Assembly: GCA_963785235.1 (NCBI GenBank)
Contig: CAWAUM010000003.1
Coordinates: 352,001-416,000 of the forward strand
Reading direction: 5' to 3'
DNA from: an uncultured delta proteobacterium
GTDB lineage: Bacteria; Desulfobacterota; Desulfomonilia; UBA1062
DNA length: 64,000 bases
Under the pieces are notes generated by a model. That model ran no database searches and was not told where the DNA came from. It saw only the letters and a program-made list of their open reading frames with translations. Below, piece after piece: positions 1 to 10,935 of the stretch. The first letter of the stretch is position 1. Each line of letters opens with the position of its first letter. The position numbers were made by a program, and so were the translations under genes.

Positions 1-971
1 GGGGCAACCGTGCTGGTATCAAGGAAATCATCCTTTTGTGATTCCGGTATGGAGCGCCTGTTCTCCAGGAGCCAGGCCAGGGAAACCATATCGTGGGCCA
101 CCACCGAGGCCGAGGCGATGATCAGGCCTTTATCGGGCTCATAGACATAACCCTTATCCGGGCCGAAGGTGGTGAGTATCTTATCTGCTGCAGAGATCAC
201 AAGCCGCTGCTTCTTTCGCAAGGTTTCAACCGTATTGCCTTCGGCGGTCTTCTCCTGCAAGGAGGCGGCATCCCGGTGATATTCCAGACGCGTGTCATGC
301 CGCCAATATCCCACCGCAGCCTTCAAACCCAGCGTGCTCCCTGCAAGTATATGGCGGCTGCAACGTGGCATGAGGACTATATGCTGCGCCTCCTTGAGGA
401 TATTCGGCATCATGAGGGGACGCTTCCAATTGGAACCTGATGCCGGAATGTCTTCATAGAAGGCATTCCATCCGGCTTCTTCAAAACAATGGAGCTCAGC
501 GCCCACGGCTTGCACAGCCTCGGCCATACCGGAAGACTCCATCAGTTTGCGTGAGCTGCCGGAAAGCCCTGTTGAAGAGAACCTCACATACTCAACGCCC
601 GACATGTCACCCACGATCACCCGGCCTGCCCCCTTTTCCTTGAGGAGCTCGACCATGGCGGCTACGGCAAAAGGACTGGTGGTGGCGGGATAGGGGTTGC
701 CTGAATTGACAGCCGGTTTTATAAACACAGTGTCGCCTTTGCACAGCCAGGAGAAGTCAGTGGCTGCCAGGGCCGATTCGCGAACCGCCGACTTTATCGC
801 CCTTTCAGAGGCGCCTTTGTTAACCCCTGCCAGAAAGACCTTTGCGGGACTGCCTGGTGTAAGCGGCTTACCCTTGCGAGTAACCTCAGTTGTACCAACA
901 GCACCTGTTACCGGGCATACTGCCATGACTGATACACCTGCCGCACCTTTCAGGAAGTCTCTGCGTTTCAT
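1..971 (-). CDS. DUF362 family protein with Tat signal peptide (runs off left edge)
   Basis: Manual translation of minus strand: MKRRDFLKGAAG (twin-arginine), FIKPAVN..PATTSP, GRVIVGDMS, HILAGSTLGLKAAVG; SD GAGGAG at 978-983. Not in ORF track because it lacks a stop in the window. Confidence 0.8.
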   Translation of the reverse strand, partial: MKRRDFLKGAAGVSVMAVCPVTGAVGTTEVTRKGKPLTPGSPAKVFLAGVNKGASERAIKSAVRESALAATDFSWLCKGDTVFIKPAVNSGNPYPATTSPFAVAAMVELLKEKGAGRVIVGDMSGVEYVRFSSTGLSGSSRKLMESSGMAEAVQAVGAELHCFEEAGWNAFYEDIPASGSNWKRPLMMPNILKEAQHIVLMPRCSRHILAGSTLGLKAAVGYWRHDTRLEYHRDAASLQEKTAEGNTVETLRKKQRLVISAADKILTTFGPDKGYVYEPDKGLIIASASVVAHDMVSLAWLLENRRSIPESQKDDFLDTSTVA

Positions 972-1121
972 AGGCATCTCCTCTTTCTATTATTTACCCG
1001 AATTCACAGGAGGATGGCCAGAACAAATATCAATTCTTTTCATTGCCAGGGTTAGGCTTGATAATATCTTTTTATTCAGGCAATCTCTTTTTTATGGTCA
1101 GAAAACTTGTGGGTTGGTGAT

Positions 1122-2177
1122 ATGGATCGTTCCGCCCTGAAAAAGATTATTGTGCTGGTCATTGTGCTTCTCATATCCATTGTCTTTATTACCATGATCC
1201 GCGCTTTCATAATGGCCATCCTCCTTGCCGGCATCTTTTCCGCCATGGCCCAGCCCCTGTACAGGCGCATCATGAAATGGTCCCGGGGCCGGAAGAACCT
1301 TGCGGCTTTTGCCACCCTGCTCTGCCTCTTTCTCATCATCCTGCTCCCATTGATCGGGCTGCTGGGCATTGTTGCCTCTCAGGCGATAAAGATCAGCAAT
1401 GAGGTGAAACCCTGGATCGATCAATGGACAAACAGGCCTTTGGCTTTTGATGAATGGTTACGGTCCCTGCCTCTGTATGATTCCCTTGCCGCCTATCAGA
1501 ATGTCATCCTTCAGAAGGGAGGTGAACTGGTTGGCAAGATAAGTTCCATTCTGTTCGAGAACATTTCATCCTTCACCTTCTCGACCATAAACACCATCCT
1601 CCTGTTCTTTGTATCCATGTACACCATGTTCTTCTTCCTGAAAGAAGGAACCCAGATCCTGGAGAAGATCATGTTCTACCTGCCCCTGCCTGATGGCGTT
1701 GAGCGGCGTATACTGGACAGATTTACCTCTGTCACCAGGGCCACCATCAAGGGCACCCTGGTGATAGGCATCATCCAGGGCAGTCTCGCGGGCCTTGCCT
1801 TCTGGGTCGTGGGCATCGAAAGCGCCGTTTTCTGGGGAACCATAATGACTTTCCTGTCCATCATCCCTGCGGTGGGCACGGCACTCATCTGGTTCCCGGC
1901 AGTCATAATCCTTATCATAACCGGACAATATGTGCAGGCAATCGGCCTCATGCTCTTCTGCAGCCTCCTGGTCGGGAGCATTGACAACGTTCTCAGGCCA
2001 TGGCTCGTGGGCAGGGACACAGAGCTTCACGAACTCATGATCTTCTTCAGCACCCTGGGCGGCATCAGCCTGTTCGGCATAATCGGGTTCATCATCGGGC
2101 CCATCATTGCTGCGCTTTTTGTAACTGTCTGGGATATTTATGCCGAGACATTTATGGATTATCTATCTGAGAGATAA
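1122..2177 (+). CDS. AI-2E family (PerM/TqsA-like) transporter
   Basis: Multi-TM ~350 aa protein, IDNVLRPWLVG and GGISLFGIIGFIIGPII motifs. Confidence 0.9.
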   Translation: MDRSALKKIIVLVIVLLISIVFITMIRAFIMAILLAGIFSAMAQPLYRRIMKWSRGRKNLAAFATLLCLFLIILLPLIGLLGIVASQAIKISNEVKPWIDQWTNRPLAFDEWLRSLPLYDSLAAYQNVILQKGGELVGKISSILFENISSFTFSTINTILLFFVSMYTMFFFLKEGTQILEKIMFYLPLPDGVERRILDRFTSVTRATIKGTLVIGIIQGSLAGLAFWVVGIESAVFWGTIMTFLSIIPAVGTALIWFPAVIILIITGQYVQAIGLMLFCSLLVGSIDNVLRPWLVGRDTELHELMIFFSTLGGISLFGIIGFIIGPIIAALFVTVWDIYAETFMDYLSER

Positions 2178-2214
2178 GGCCAACCTACTTTATTTTTGGC
2201 TTTTGGAGAGGATC

Positions 2215-2691
2215 ATGCTCGACTTGGTAAAAAGGTACTTCACAAAAAATAATGAGAACAGGCCGGCATCAACAAGCCATGAAGACCCCCGGCGCATCAT
2301 GGTTGCCACCTGCGCGCTGCTCCTGGAGATAGCGGCAATAGACGGTGAATTCAGTGCTGACGAGCAGGAAGTCATCCTTTCGATTCTCAAAAAAGATTAC
2401 AAGATGAGCGAGAACGAGGCAGCATCACTCATCGAAACAGCCCAGGCCCAGCGAGAGCACAGCATAGACCTGTGGCGTTTCACAAAACTCATCAACCGGA
2501 ACTACTCCGAAGAGGAGAGAATCCGCGTAATAGAGCTTGTCTGGAAGGTGATCTATGCAGACGGAAGGCTTGATGGCCATGAAGACCACCTGGTGCACGG
2601 CATAGCGAACCTGCTCCGTCTTTCCCATTCCCAGCTCATCGATGCGAAACTGAGGGTAAAAGGAACGATGCAGCAAACTCACCTAAAATGA
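2215..2691 (+). CDS. TerB family protein
   Basis: LLLEIAAIDGEFSADE and VIYADGRLDGHE duplicated motifs; SD GAGAGG upstream. Confidence 0.85.
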   Translation: MLDLVKRYFTKNNENRPASTSHEDPRRIMVATCALLLEIAAIDGEFSADEQEVILSILKKDYKMSENEAASLIETAQAQREHSIDLWRFTKLINRNYSEEERIRVIELVWKVIYADGRLDGHEDHLVHGIANLLRLSHSQLIDAKLRVKGTMQQTHLK

Positions 2692-2780
2692 ATTCCCCGA
2701 ATTGCCATGAAAAGGATTTTCTGCGAGGTTGAATATATGGATCTGTCAACCTATCTATAGGTATTATAAAGGGTCTGATA

Positions 2781-5700
2781 ATGAAGTTGATTCATAAATT
2801 ACTCCTCATCTTTGTCGTACCCCTCATTATGGTCATTATTTCTATCATCTGCACCAACAGATGGCTGGGCGATTCTGCGCTGAGGCAACAGATTGAAAAA
2901 AGCGCCAACAGCGAACTGAACCTTCATATAGACCGTATCAACTCCTTCTTTCAGGAAAAAGTGAATGAACTTAATCTCATAGCCGCAAGTCCGGTGGTTC
3001 AGGGTGGGAATATCCCGGAAATACTCCGCTATCTTGACAATGTACAGAAAGTGCTCTCACCGCAAATTGAAGGTCTCTATTATAACAATGTGGAAGGCAT
3101 GGTCTATGATGTCAAAGGGAACGCGTTCAGTGTACGGGACAGATATTATTTTCCCCAGATTGCCCGTGGGGAAACCGTTATTACCAAGGCTATCACGAGC
3201 CGGGCTACAGGGCGGCCCATCATATTAATACTGGTTCCGATATTTGATAATCACGGTAACCGTGCCGGGGCCATCGGCGGGACAATCCTGATCACAGATA
3301 TAGTCAAGATGGTCAAGGGCATAAAGATCGGGAAAACCGGTTTTGCCCTGCTGGTGGATGAAGACGACCGCATGGTATCCAGCCTTCTTATGTCAAGGTC
3401 TGACAATGCAGGCCTGAACCTTCAACCTCTGAAGGTATCCGAATCCCGAAGCGGGTTGGGGGTTCTCATTCGGAACATGCATTCTTCAATGCACGGGACA
3501 TCCCGGCTGATCATATGAAAATTCCTTATATCTGGCCTACTTCAAATCGATACCGGCAATGAGATGGTCTCTCGCGCTTGTATATAAAGAGAGCGAGATC
3601 CTTGCTGATGTCAGGTGGATGGGGAACTTGAATATTTTCCTGGCACTGTTTGCAATTGTCTCAATATGTCTGTCCATTTATGGAGTCAGGCGTATCCTGT
3701 TGAACCCTCTACAGAAGTTGGTGAAAGTACAGCGAGAGCTGGCAAAAGGGAATTCAACTCTAAGGGCTACCATAAGATCAAAAGATGAGATCGGCGAGTT
3801 GTCGAGGTCATTTAATGAGATGATCGATCAGCTGCATGAACGAACAGAAGGTCAGGAAAGAGAGATATCCGAGCGCAAGTTGGCAGAGAAAGCGCTCCAG
3901 GAGAGCGAGGCCAAATACCGTTATCTGACAGAGAAGATGAACGATATGATCTGGATGGCGGACCTTGAATTTCTCTGCCACATATATCAGCCCCTCTGTT
4001 GATAAAATCCTGGGGTTTACACCGGATGAATGGATGAGGCGCTCTCCTGTTGAAACAATGACCCCGGAATCCTTTTCTCATTCCCTTGCACTTCTGGATG
4101 CAGAACTCAAACGCGAACTAGTGGAAGGTATCGATCCGGAAAGAACCGCCAAGGTTGAATTGGAATATTATCACAAGAATGGCTCCACTGTGTGGATGGA
4201 GCTTGTCGTGAGCGCTATCCGGGACAATATCGGCAAGATCATCGGGATCCATGGTGTGTCTCGCGACATCACCGAGCGCAGACGGGCGGAGTCTGAACTG
4301 AAAAACAGCGAGAAACAGTATCGTTCAACAATTGATGCCATGGCTGATGCACTTCATGTTGTTGATAAGGATCTGAGGATTTTACTCATAAACAAAACCT
4401 TCATACAATGGGGCATAAGGTTAGGGCTGGAAGAAGAGCCAGAGGGAAGGACGATATTTGAGGTGTATCCATTTCTCTCTGCAGAGGTACGAAAAGAATA
4501 TGAGATGGTATTCAGGACTGGAGAATTTCTCATCACTGAGGAAGAGATCACTGCGGATGGACAACATGTATTCACAGAGACACGTAAAATCCCTATCTTT
4601 GAAGGGGCAAAAGTTACCAGAGTCATTACCATAATCCGCGACATTACCGGGCGTAAGCGTTCGGAAGATGAGAAGAAAAGGCTCGAAGACCAGCTCGGCC
4701 AGGCCCAGAAGATGGAATCCATAGGGACATTGGCCGGTGGTATTGCCCATGACTTCAATAATATCCTCTCTGCCATCATCGGGTATGCCGAGCTGGCGAT
4801 CAATGATGTGTCGGATCCGGCAAAGGCAAAAAGAGAGATCAAGGAGGTGCTCAAGGCAGGCGACCGGGCAAAGGATCTTGTGCGTCAGATCCTCACGTTC
4901 AGCCGCAAGACGGATGCCACTTATTCTCCTACTATACTCAATACGATCATTACAGACTCGATAAAGATGATGAGATCAGTCCTGCCTTCAACCATTGAGA
5001 TCAGACAGAGTCTTATCAATAAGGGCCTGGTAATGGCCGATCCCACACAGATTCACCAGGTCATGATGAACCTTTGTACCAACGCGGCCCATGCAATGGA
5101 TAAATCCGGGGGTGTTTTGGAGATCCGCCTGGAGAAGGTGAATGTAGAGGGAGATGCACTTACACTGAAGCTGAACCGGCCGCCGGGACCCTATTTACGG
5201 CTCCTGGTCAGTGACACCGGCCAAGGCATGACACCCGATGTGATGGCACGGATCTTTGATCCTTACTTCACTACCAAGGAAATTGGCCGGGGAACAGGCC
5301 TGGGCCTTGCGGTGGTTCACGGCATCGTACACGGCCATGGGGGCGCAATCACCTGTAAAAGCTCGCCTGGTATAGGCACAACCTTTGAGATTTTTCTGCC
5401 TGAAATACTCCCCGAGGAAGAAACGGAAAAACACCATGAGGAAAAGCCTGTTCCCAGGGGATCCGAACGTATCCTTTTCGTTGATGATGAGCCTTCTCTC
5501 GTAACCCTTGCCGAGATGATTCTGAGTAAGCTCGGCTATTCTGTTGTCACAAAAACAGACAGTATCGAGGCGCTTGATCTCTTTAAGGGAGACCCTTATT
5601 CGTTTGACCTGGTCATTACCGACATGACCATGCCCGGCATGACAGGTGACAGGCTGGCTCAAAATCTCATGGAAACGCGAAAAGACATCCCGATAATCTT

Positions 5701-5830
5701 GTGCACCGGATACAGCGAGCACATTTCAGAAGAGCGTGCCAAGAAAACCGGTATTCAAGCATTCATCATGAAGCCATTTGAAATGAGGGTATTGGCAGAA
5801 ACCATCCGGAAGGTGCTGGATAGGGGATAA
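2781..5830 (+). CDS. Hybrid sensor histidine kinase (Cache-HAMP-PAS-PAS-HisKA-HATPase-REC), split by two frameshifts near 3513 and 3965
   Basis: Three consecutive ORFs (2781-3518, 3559-4002, 3965-5830) give contiguous domains: RDRYYF Cache, KDEIGELSRSFNEM HAMP, GIAHDFNNIL H-box, GTGLGL, receiver DMTMPGMTG. Confidence 0.85.
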
Positions 5831-5840
5831 GTTTTTTTCA

Positions 5841-6741
5841 TTATTTCCTCTCCTGCTCATGCACCTTCTTGATCTCATCTTTGAAAAATTTAAGAATCGG
5901 AGAGATCTCAGGAGGGTGCCATCTGGTCTCCTTTGGCTCTTCCGGCCAGGTAAACGGCAGGTGGCATATCCCGCCCGGCTTGTCTGGTCCTCTCCAGGCA
6001 GGCAATCGTCTCAAGAAGGACCTGCCGCTGGCCTTTAATATCGTGCACCTGGCCCACCGGCCTTCCGAACGGATATTCAATGGCAGCCACCCTGGGTATG
6101 CCGATCTGGCGGTTGAATTCCGGTATCATGGTGAGACAGATTGTGGAGAAACCCTGTGCCTCAAGATATCGCGCAACCAGCCCCACGGACCGGCAGCACA
6201 AGGGTCAGGCAGGGGTGAGTATGACGGCCTCCACCCCTTCATCATGCATTTTCGCGGCAACCTTCGGCATGGTTCTGTCCAGGAGGAACGAGAAGTCGTG
6301 CTGGTAGCCGTAAAATGAATAGCAGGTGGGCGCAAGCCTGCCGATGACACCTTCTTTCTCGAACTCAGCAAACCTGGTGATCGGCAGGATCACATTGATG
6401 TCTTCCTTCATGAAGCCGGTATTGACATGGAGGTGGTTCGCATCAATCAAGTCTTGGGATGTGTCCCGGGGAATCTCCCTGTGTGTGGGGTCGCCCCAGA
6501 AGGGCTCTTGCTTCTCCCGGGCCATATCGAAGGGCAGGTCTGTCTTCAGGTTGACACCGGCCGACGTCATGAGGGAAAAAATAGTTTGTGAAGCCGGCTT
6601 CTTCAGCGGGGTCCAGGGGATATCTCCTGCATACTCAGCCTCAGGGATCTCTTCTTTCAGCAAGGCGCGCAGGGTCGGCGGCAGGAATCTGAATCCGTCC
6701 ACAACCTTTTCATACGTTTTCACAAACAGCACCTCCTCCAT
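5841..6741 (-). CDS. Glycine/betaine/D-proline reductase selenoprotein B-like protein; Sec at UGA 6207-6205; probable frameshift near 5988
   Basis: GDPTHREIP, DINVILPI, EGVIGRLAP..YSFYG, then VILTPA-UGA-PLCCRSVGLVARYLEAQG..PRVAAIEYPFGRPVG in the same frame; C-terminal PGGICHLPFTW in a shifted frame. Confidence 0.85.
6170..6198 (-). promoter_or_regulatory. Putative bacterial SECIS hairpin downstream of the Sec UGA
   Basis: Minus strand UGCU-GCCGGUCC-GUG-GGGCUGGU-UGCG can fold into a stem with a G-containing apical loop about 20 nt after the UGA. Confidence 0.6.
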
Positions 6742-6868
6742 GGATTCCAGGCACTAAGCACAGCAGCGATATGAGAATATAAATGCCACTTGCATTATAC
6801 TGAAAACAATCACATTATCATATGCCAATCATGAAGCACTTTCCGAGCATTTTCACCATTTTCTGACC

Positions 6869-7099
6869 TCAGCCACCATCATAGTCATTGGCTCTATCTT
6901 TATCTATGCCTTTCACAGTATCAGACCCGGACAAGGATTGGTTCGTTACTTTGCCAGTCTGGGTATCCAGCTTGACTATACAGCCATCATTATTGCCCTG
7001 GGCATGATCCCTGTATTCTGGCTTGTTGCCTTTATTGTCAAGGCCCTGACCATTGAGATGGAAATGAAGATAGGACCATCCACTCTTCCACCCCATCAT
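6869..7099 (-). CDS. Hypothetical 76-aa protein or gene remnant
   Basis: ATG abuts the stop of the upstream NTF2-like gene; protein-like composition, no recognisable family. Confidence 0.35.
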   Translation of the reverse strand: MMGWKSGWSYLHFHLNGQGLDNKGNKPEYRDHAQGNNDGCIVKLDTQTGKVTNQSLSGSDTVKGIDKDRANDYDGG

Positions 7100-7513
7100 T
7101 CACTTAGCTGATTGCCTTAACTTTTTTACCTCATCATTTAACTCAGTACAATCAAAGTAAACCTCATTGCGCCGGATCAGTCCCTTGTCATTGAATTGAA
7201 CAAAACACACACCTACACATTCAATTGCCTTCGAACCTATGGGAATTTTTGCATGCCACTTATTCAGAAAGCCGTCCTCCATGGGGATTGGCTCTATCTG
7301 CGTCCAGACCCAGTCCGGATTGAAGGCAAGCAGCTTGCGGAAGTACTTCAGCAATGCATCCTTGCCACCCAGACCCTGCGGGACAGTCGGGTCGAGATAC
7401 ACCACATCATCAGAATAATAGCTGACGAGTTTTTCCGGATTGTTTCCTGTCCATGCAGGCAGCCAGCGTGATGCAAATTCCCTGGCCTGTTCTTTTGTCA
7501 TCATCATTGCCAA
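7100..7513 (-). CDS. NTF2/SnoaL-like family protein
   Basis: WLPAWTGNNPEKLVSYYSDDVVYLDP...GLIRRNEVYFD; SD GGAGG. Confidence 0.85.
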   Translation of the reverse strand: MAMMMTKEQAREFASRWLPAWTGNNPEKLVSYYSDDVVYLDPTVPQGLGGKDALLKYFRKLLAFNPDWVWTQIEPIPMEDGFLNKWHAKIPIGSKAIECVGVCFVQFNDKGLIRRNEVYFDCTELNDEVKKLRQSAK

Positions 7514-7576
7514 TTACCCTCCTGATCTAAGTCTTGTATTCTCATGAAAGATGTCCACAAAGGGGTATCACCCATT

Positions 7577-8176
7577 TTAGGGCTTTTCCCCATTTAGCTC
7601 TTTGAGAGATGACCTGTACATAAGAAGATAGCGCTCAAGCACATACACACTGTCAGGTGTGCAGGGCTCCTTGCTTATCAATTCTTCCACCTCATGGATT
7701 TCACCGAAGGCCCCACCGGTAAGCTCTTCTCTTTGGAGGATGAACGGCCCGTCAGAAATACAGGAAAAGGCCCTTCCCCAGACCTTCTGCCCGGCATACT
7801 CTCCATAGAAATCAAAGAGGAAGGCAAGCGGCACACCGGTGATGCCAAGCTCCTCTTGAAGCTCACGCCTTGCCGATTCCTCATAATCCTCTCCGGCAAC
7901 CACCACGCCTCCGGCACACAGATCGTGATACCCCGGAAAAATGTCCTTGGTCGTGGTGCGGTCCTGGACAAAGAGCCGGCCATCAGAGCCGAAGACCAGG
8001 ATGTATGTGGCGCGGTGAATAAGACCCTCCCTGCGCATAACCGCCCTTGGTGCGTTGCCTATGACGGCGTTATGTTCATCGACAATCACAACCATCTCAT
8101 GTGGGCTCAAGTCCGGATTGACTATGCGGCCAGAGGAAGAAATCGCATTCCCATCTTCAGGGATATCCTTTGCCAT
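7577..8176 (-). CDS. NUDIX hydrolase (YfcD/IDI-like)
   Basis: Nudix box GGVVVAGEDYEESARRELQEELG; LIHRATYILVF. Confidence 0.9.
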   Translation of the reverse strand: MAKDIPEDGNAISSSGRIVNPDLSPHEMVVIVDEHNAVIGNAPRAVMRREGLIHRATYILVFGSDGRLFVQDRTTTKDIFPGYHDLCAGGVVVAGEDYEESARRELQEELGITGVPLAFLFDFYGEYAGQKVWGRAFSCISDGPFILQREELTGGAFGEIHEVEELISKEPCTPDSVYVLERYLLMYRSSLKELNGEKP

Positions 8177-8312
8177 GAATTACACCTCTTCCATTCTTAT
8201 GCGTGTGATTATACACTACGAAAAGAACATCATACAGAAAAGAACAAAAAGTCCATGGCCTTGCCCGGGACTTTTTGTTAAAATGAAATAAAGAGAAAGG
8301 AACAATGAGACT

Positions 8313-9104
8313 ATGCCTCAGGCTCATGTGAATTCTACTGCCATCTATTATCGCCTTGAAGGGAATGAGAAGGGAAAGGCAGTGATGCTTTCTCATTCAT
8401 TGGCAGCGGATATCACCATGTGGGAAGGTCAGATGGCCGCGCTCATTGAGGCAGGATTCATGGTGCTCAGGTATGACAGCCGCGGCCAAGGGAGATCTGC
8501 AATTCCTCCGGGACCATACTCCCTGGAGCTGCTGGCAGAAGACGCCGTGGGGCTTATGGATGCGCTTGGTCTGGAGAAGGTCCATTTCTGCGGACTTTCC
8601 ATGGGCGCCATGGTCGGCCAGATGCTGGGCGCTAAGTACTCTGAGAGGTTGATGTCGCTGACACTCAGCTCAACGGCTGCCATCCTTCCTCCTCGCGAAA
8701 TCTGGGATGAGCGCATGGAGACCGTACGGGGCGGCGGCATGGAATCGGTTGCTGATGCCACCATAAACCGCTGGTTCACAAAGTCCGGACAGGATCGTAT
8801 GCCACACGAGATCGATAAGGTGCGCCGTGTGATCTTGAATACCCCGGTAGAGGGCTATTGCGCCTGTTGCGCTGCCATCCGGGATATGGATCTGCGTGAT
8901 TCACTCACCGCCATTTCGGCACCGGTTCTGGTACTGGTGGGCGAGCAGGATCCCGGCACCCCTGTTTCTGCAGCAGAATTCATCCATGGACGGATATCCT
9001 CATCCGAACTGAAGATCATTCCCCATGCAGCCCATTTTGTCAATGTGGAGCAGGCAGATGCCTTCAATGATGCACTCATTGAATTCATCACCCGGATAGA
9101 TTAA
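8313..9104 (+). CDS. pcaD: 3-oxoadipate enol-lactonase-like alpha/beta hydrolase
   Basis: LSHSLAAD, YDSRGQG, GLSMG nucleophile, EGYCACCAAI, AAHFVNVEQ. Confidence 0.8.
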   Translation: MPQAHVNSTAIYYRLEGNEKGKAVMLSHSLAADITMWEGQMAALIEAGFMVLRYDSRGQGRSAIPPGPYSLELLAEDAVGLMDALGLEKVHFCGLSMGAMVGQMLGAKYSERLMSLTLSSTAAILPPREIWDERMETVRGGGMESVADATINRWFTKSGQDRMPHEIDKVRRVILNTPVEGYCACCAAIRDMDLRDSLTAISAPVLVLVGEQDPGTPVSAAEFIHGRISSSELKIIPHAAHFVNVEQADAFNDALIEFITRID

Positions 9105-9181
9105 GAGAGGCAGGGTTCACTCATCAGGTCTATCAATAGTAACTACATCTGATGCTGGATATAAATGAAACAGGAGGTCTC

Positions 9182-9952
9182 ATGGAAGATCGGACAGCCG
9201 GAGAGATAGGGTTCATAACAGGGAAATGGCCTCTTGACTCACACAAGCCCACCCTGGTCTTCATCCACGGCGCCGGGGCTTCACGGCTCCTCTGGGAGTC
9301 ACAGGTTGAAGCCCTTTCTTCATATATAAATACCGTGGCCATAGATCTTCCGGGTCACGGAACAAGCCACGGAAAAGGGAGAGATTCCATCTCGGACTAT
9401 GCCCAGGCAGTTAACGACTTTCTTGTCCTGGTTCAGATACCCAGGCCCATACCGTGCGGGCTCAGCATGGGCGGGGCCATTACCCAGAATCTCCTCATCA
9501 ATACACCCGGTCGTTTCCCTGCAGGGATATTAATAAACACCGGTGCGCGGTTGAAGGTCCTGCCCATGATCTTTGAGACCATTGGGAAGAGCTACGATGA
9601 GTATGTTAAGCTCTCAGCTACCTTTGCCATTTCACCGAAAAACAGCACAGATGAGCTGATCAGGAGAGTCTCGGCATGCCTGCAAAGCACTGCTGAGGTT
9701 GTACTGGGTGATTTCCGGGCATGTGATGCCTTTGATGTCATGGGGCAGCTGGACTTGATTACTGTCCCGGTGCTTGTACTCACAGCAAGCGACGATATCC
9801 TCACCCCACCAAAATACGGCAGCTATCTGGCAGGCAACTTGAATGATGCGCATGCAGTGAACATAGAAGAAGCAGGTCACTTCTCACCCATTGAGAGGCC
9901 GACTGAAATTAATAATGCAATTCATGGCTTTCTCATGCGGCTGGCCCTTTAG
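9182..9952 (+). CDS. Alpha/beta fold hydrolase
   Basis: FIHGAG, DLPGHG, GLSMGG, AGHF; SD AGGAGG. Confidence 0.9.
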   Translation: MEDRTAGEIGFITGKWPLDSHKPTLVFIHGAGASRLLWESQVEALSSYINTVAIDLPGHGTSHGKGRDSISDYAQAVNDFLVLVQIPRPIPCGLSMGGAITQNLLINTPGRFPAGILINTGARLKVLPMIFETIGKSYDEYVKLSATFAISPKNSTDELIRRVSACLQSTAEVVLGDFRACDAFDVMGQLDLITVPVLVLTASDDILTPPKYGSYLAGNLNDAHAVNIEEAGHFSPIERPTEINNAIHGFLMRLAL

Positions 9953-9999
9953 AACTATTAGATTAGGTGGAACAAGGCTTAAGATGCGTAAAGACTTGA

Positions 10000-10083
10000 T
10001 CCGTAAAAACCTGCATCTCCCAGCCGCTAAAGAATGCTAATCTTAACGGACATTCAAGGCTGCTAGATGCAGGTTTTTACGGA
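10000..10083. repeat. Long intergenic inverted repeat (19-bp perfect arms plus inner stems)
   Basis: TCCGTAAAAACCTGCATCT (10000-10018) is the exact reverse complement of 10065-10083; inner CAGCC/GGCTG and GAATG/CATTC. Confidence 0.85.
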
Positions 10084-10251
10084 CCTATTTTAAAACAATT
10101 CCATGCTCACTATGAGTTTTATTCTTAAGGCCTCATAAAACGCATAGAGTATTTATAAAAGAATTCAATTGCACAATCCGGGTTAAAGCAGGTTCATCTT
10201 GCTCAATTGATGATCATTCGATACAAAACACTCCACTACCCATCACATACC

Positions 10252-10935
10252 CTATTCTGAGGTATGTATAGCAGCAACATCACGCGGAGGACGTGTAAGC
10301 CGGTAGAACCGGATCTTCTCTGCTGAGAGCAGATCTTTTCCGAGGGAGACATCTCCGATGAACTGAAGCCCTTTAAGCCCCTCCCAGGGTGCCAAGGGTG
10401 TCTTTGCCTGGACTGACCTGGGATAGTAGAAGTTCACCACAAGCGAAATTCCATGTTCCTTTTCCCAGAAGGTTTCGATGAAAGGGTTTCCAACACCCTT
10501 TATGGCAATCTCTGCAGCCGCCCTTGCCATGCCCCATCTATGGGGATCTCTCGGACAGAGGAACTCCTTGGAGAACGGAGACTTTATTGAAACAGCGGGA
10601 TTGAACTGGCCTTTCCTGAAGATCACCCCACTGACCCCTCTCCCATACACCTTCTGCATGGAAGGGGACGCATCCCCAAGGCGTACCCGGTTCATGACCC
10701 CCCAGGCAATGGCCTCATAAACAGGCCTGTAGTCCGGGAAACCCGTGGACGCGGTTTCAGCATAGACAAGCCTGGCAAGGAGCTCAACATCTATGATCCC
10801 GGCTGCTCTAACAGATCTTTCCATTGTAGAGGCAGGTTGAAGTGTAAGGCAGGCAGGTATATCACCAGCACTCACGGGAGAAAAGAAAAGAATGCACCAG
10901 CCTATTAAAAAGATGAGAGTGTATGGTTTCTTCAT
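10252..10935 (-). CDS. Cell wall hydrolase (SleB/Hydrolase_2 family), secreted
   Basis: Signal peptide; LLARLVYAE, VMNRV, VIFRKGQF motifs. Confidence 0.8.
   Translation of the reverse strand: MKKPYTLIFLIGWCILFFSPVSAGDIPACLTLQPASTMERSVRAAGIIDVELLARLVYAETASTGFPDYRPVYEAIAWGVMNRVRLGDASPSMQKVYGRGVSGVIFRKGQFNPAVSIKSPFSKEFLCPRDPHRWGMARAAAEIAIKGVGNPFIETFWEKEHGISLVVNFYYPRSVQAKTPLAPWEGLKGLQFIGDVSLGKDLLSAEKIRFYRLTRPPRDVAAIHTSE

Noticed and set aside
3516-3518. UGA ending the first sensor-kinase ORF as possible selenocysteine
   Set aside because: Readthrough meets a TAA soon after; the protein continues in another frame (YENSLYLAYFKSIPAM), so this is a frameshift.
8246-8278. CAAAAAGTCC..GGACTTTTTG inverted repeat as a terminator
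   Set aside because: It lies between divergent gene starts, so it terminates neither gene; it could be an operator but there is no further support.
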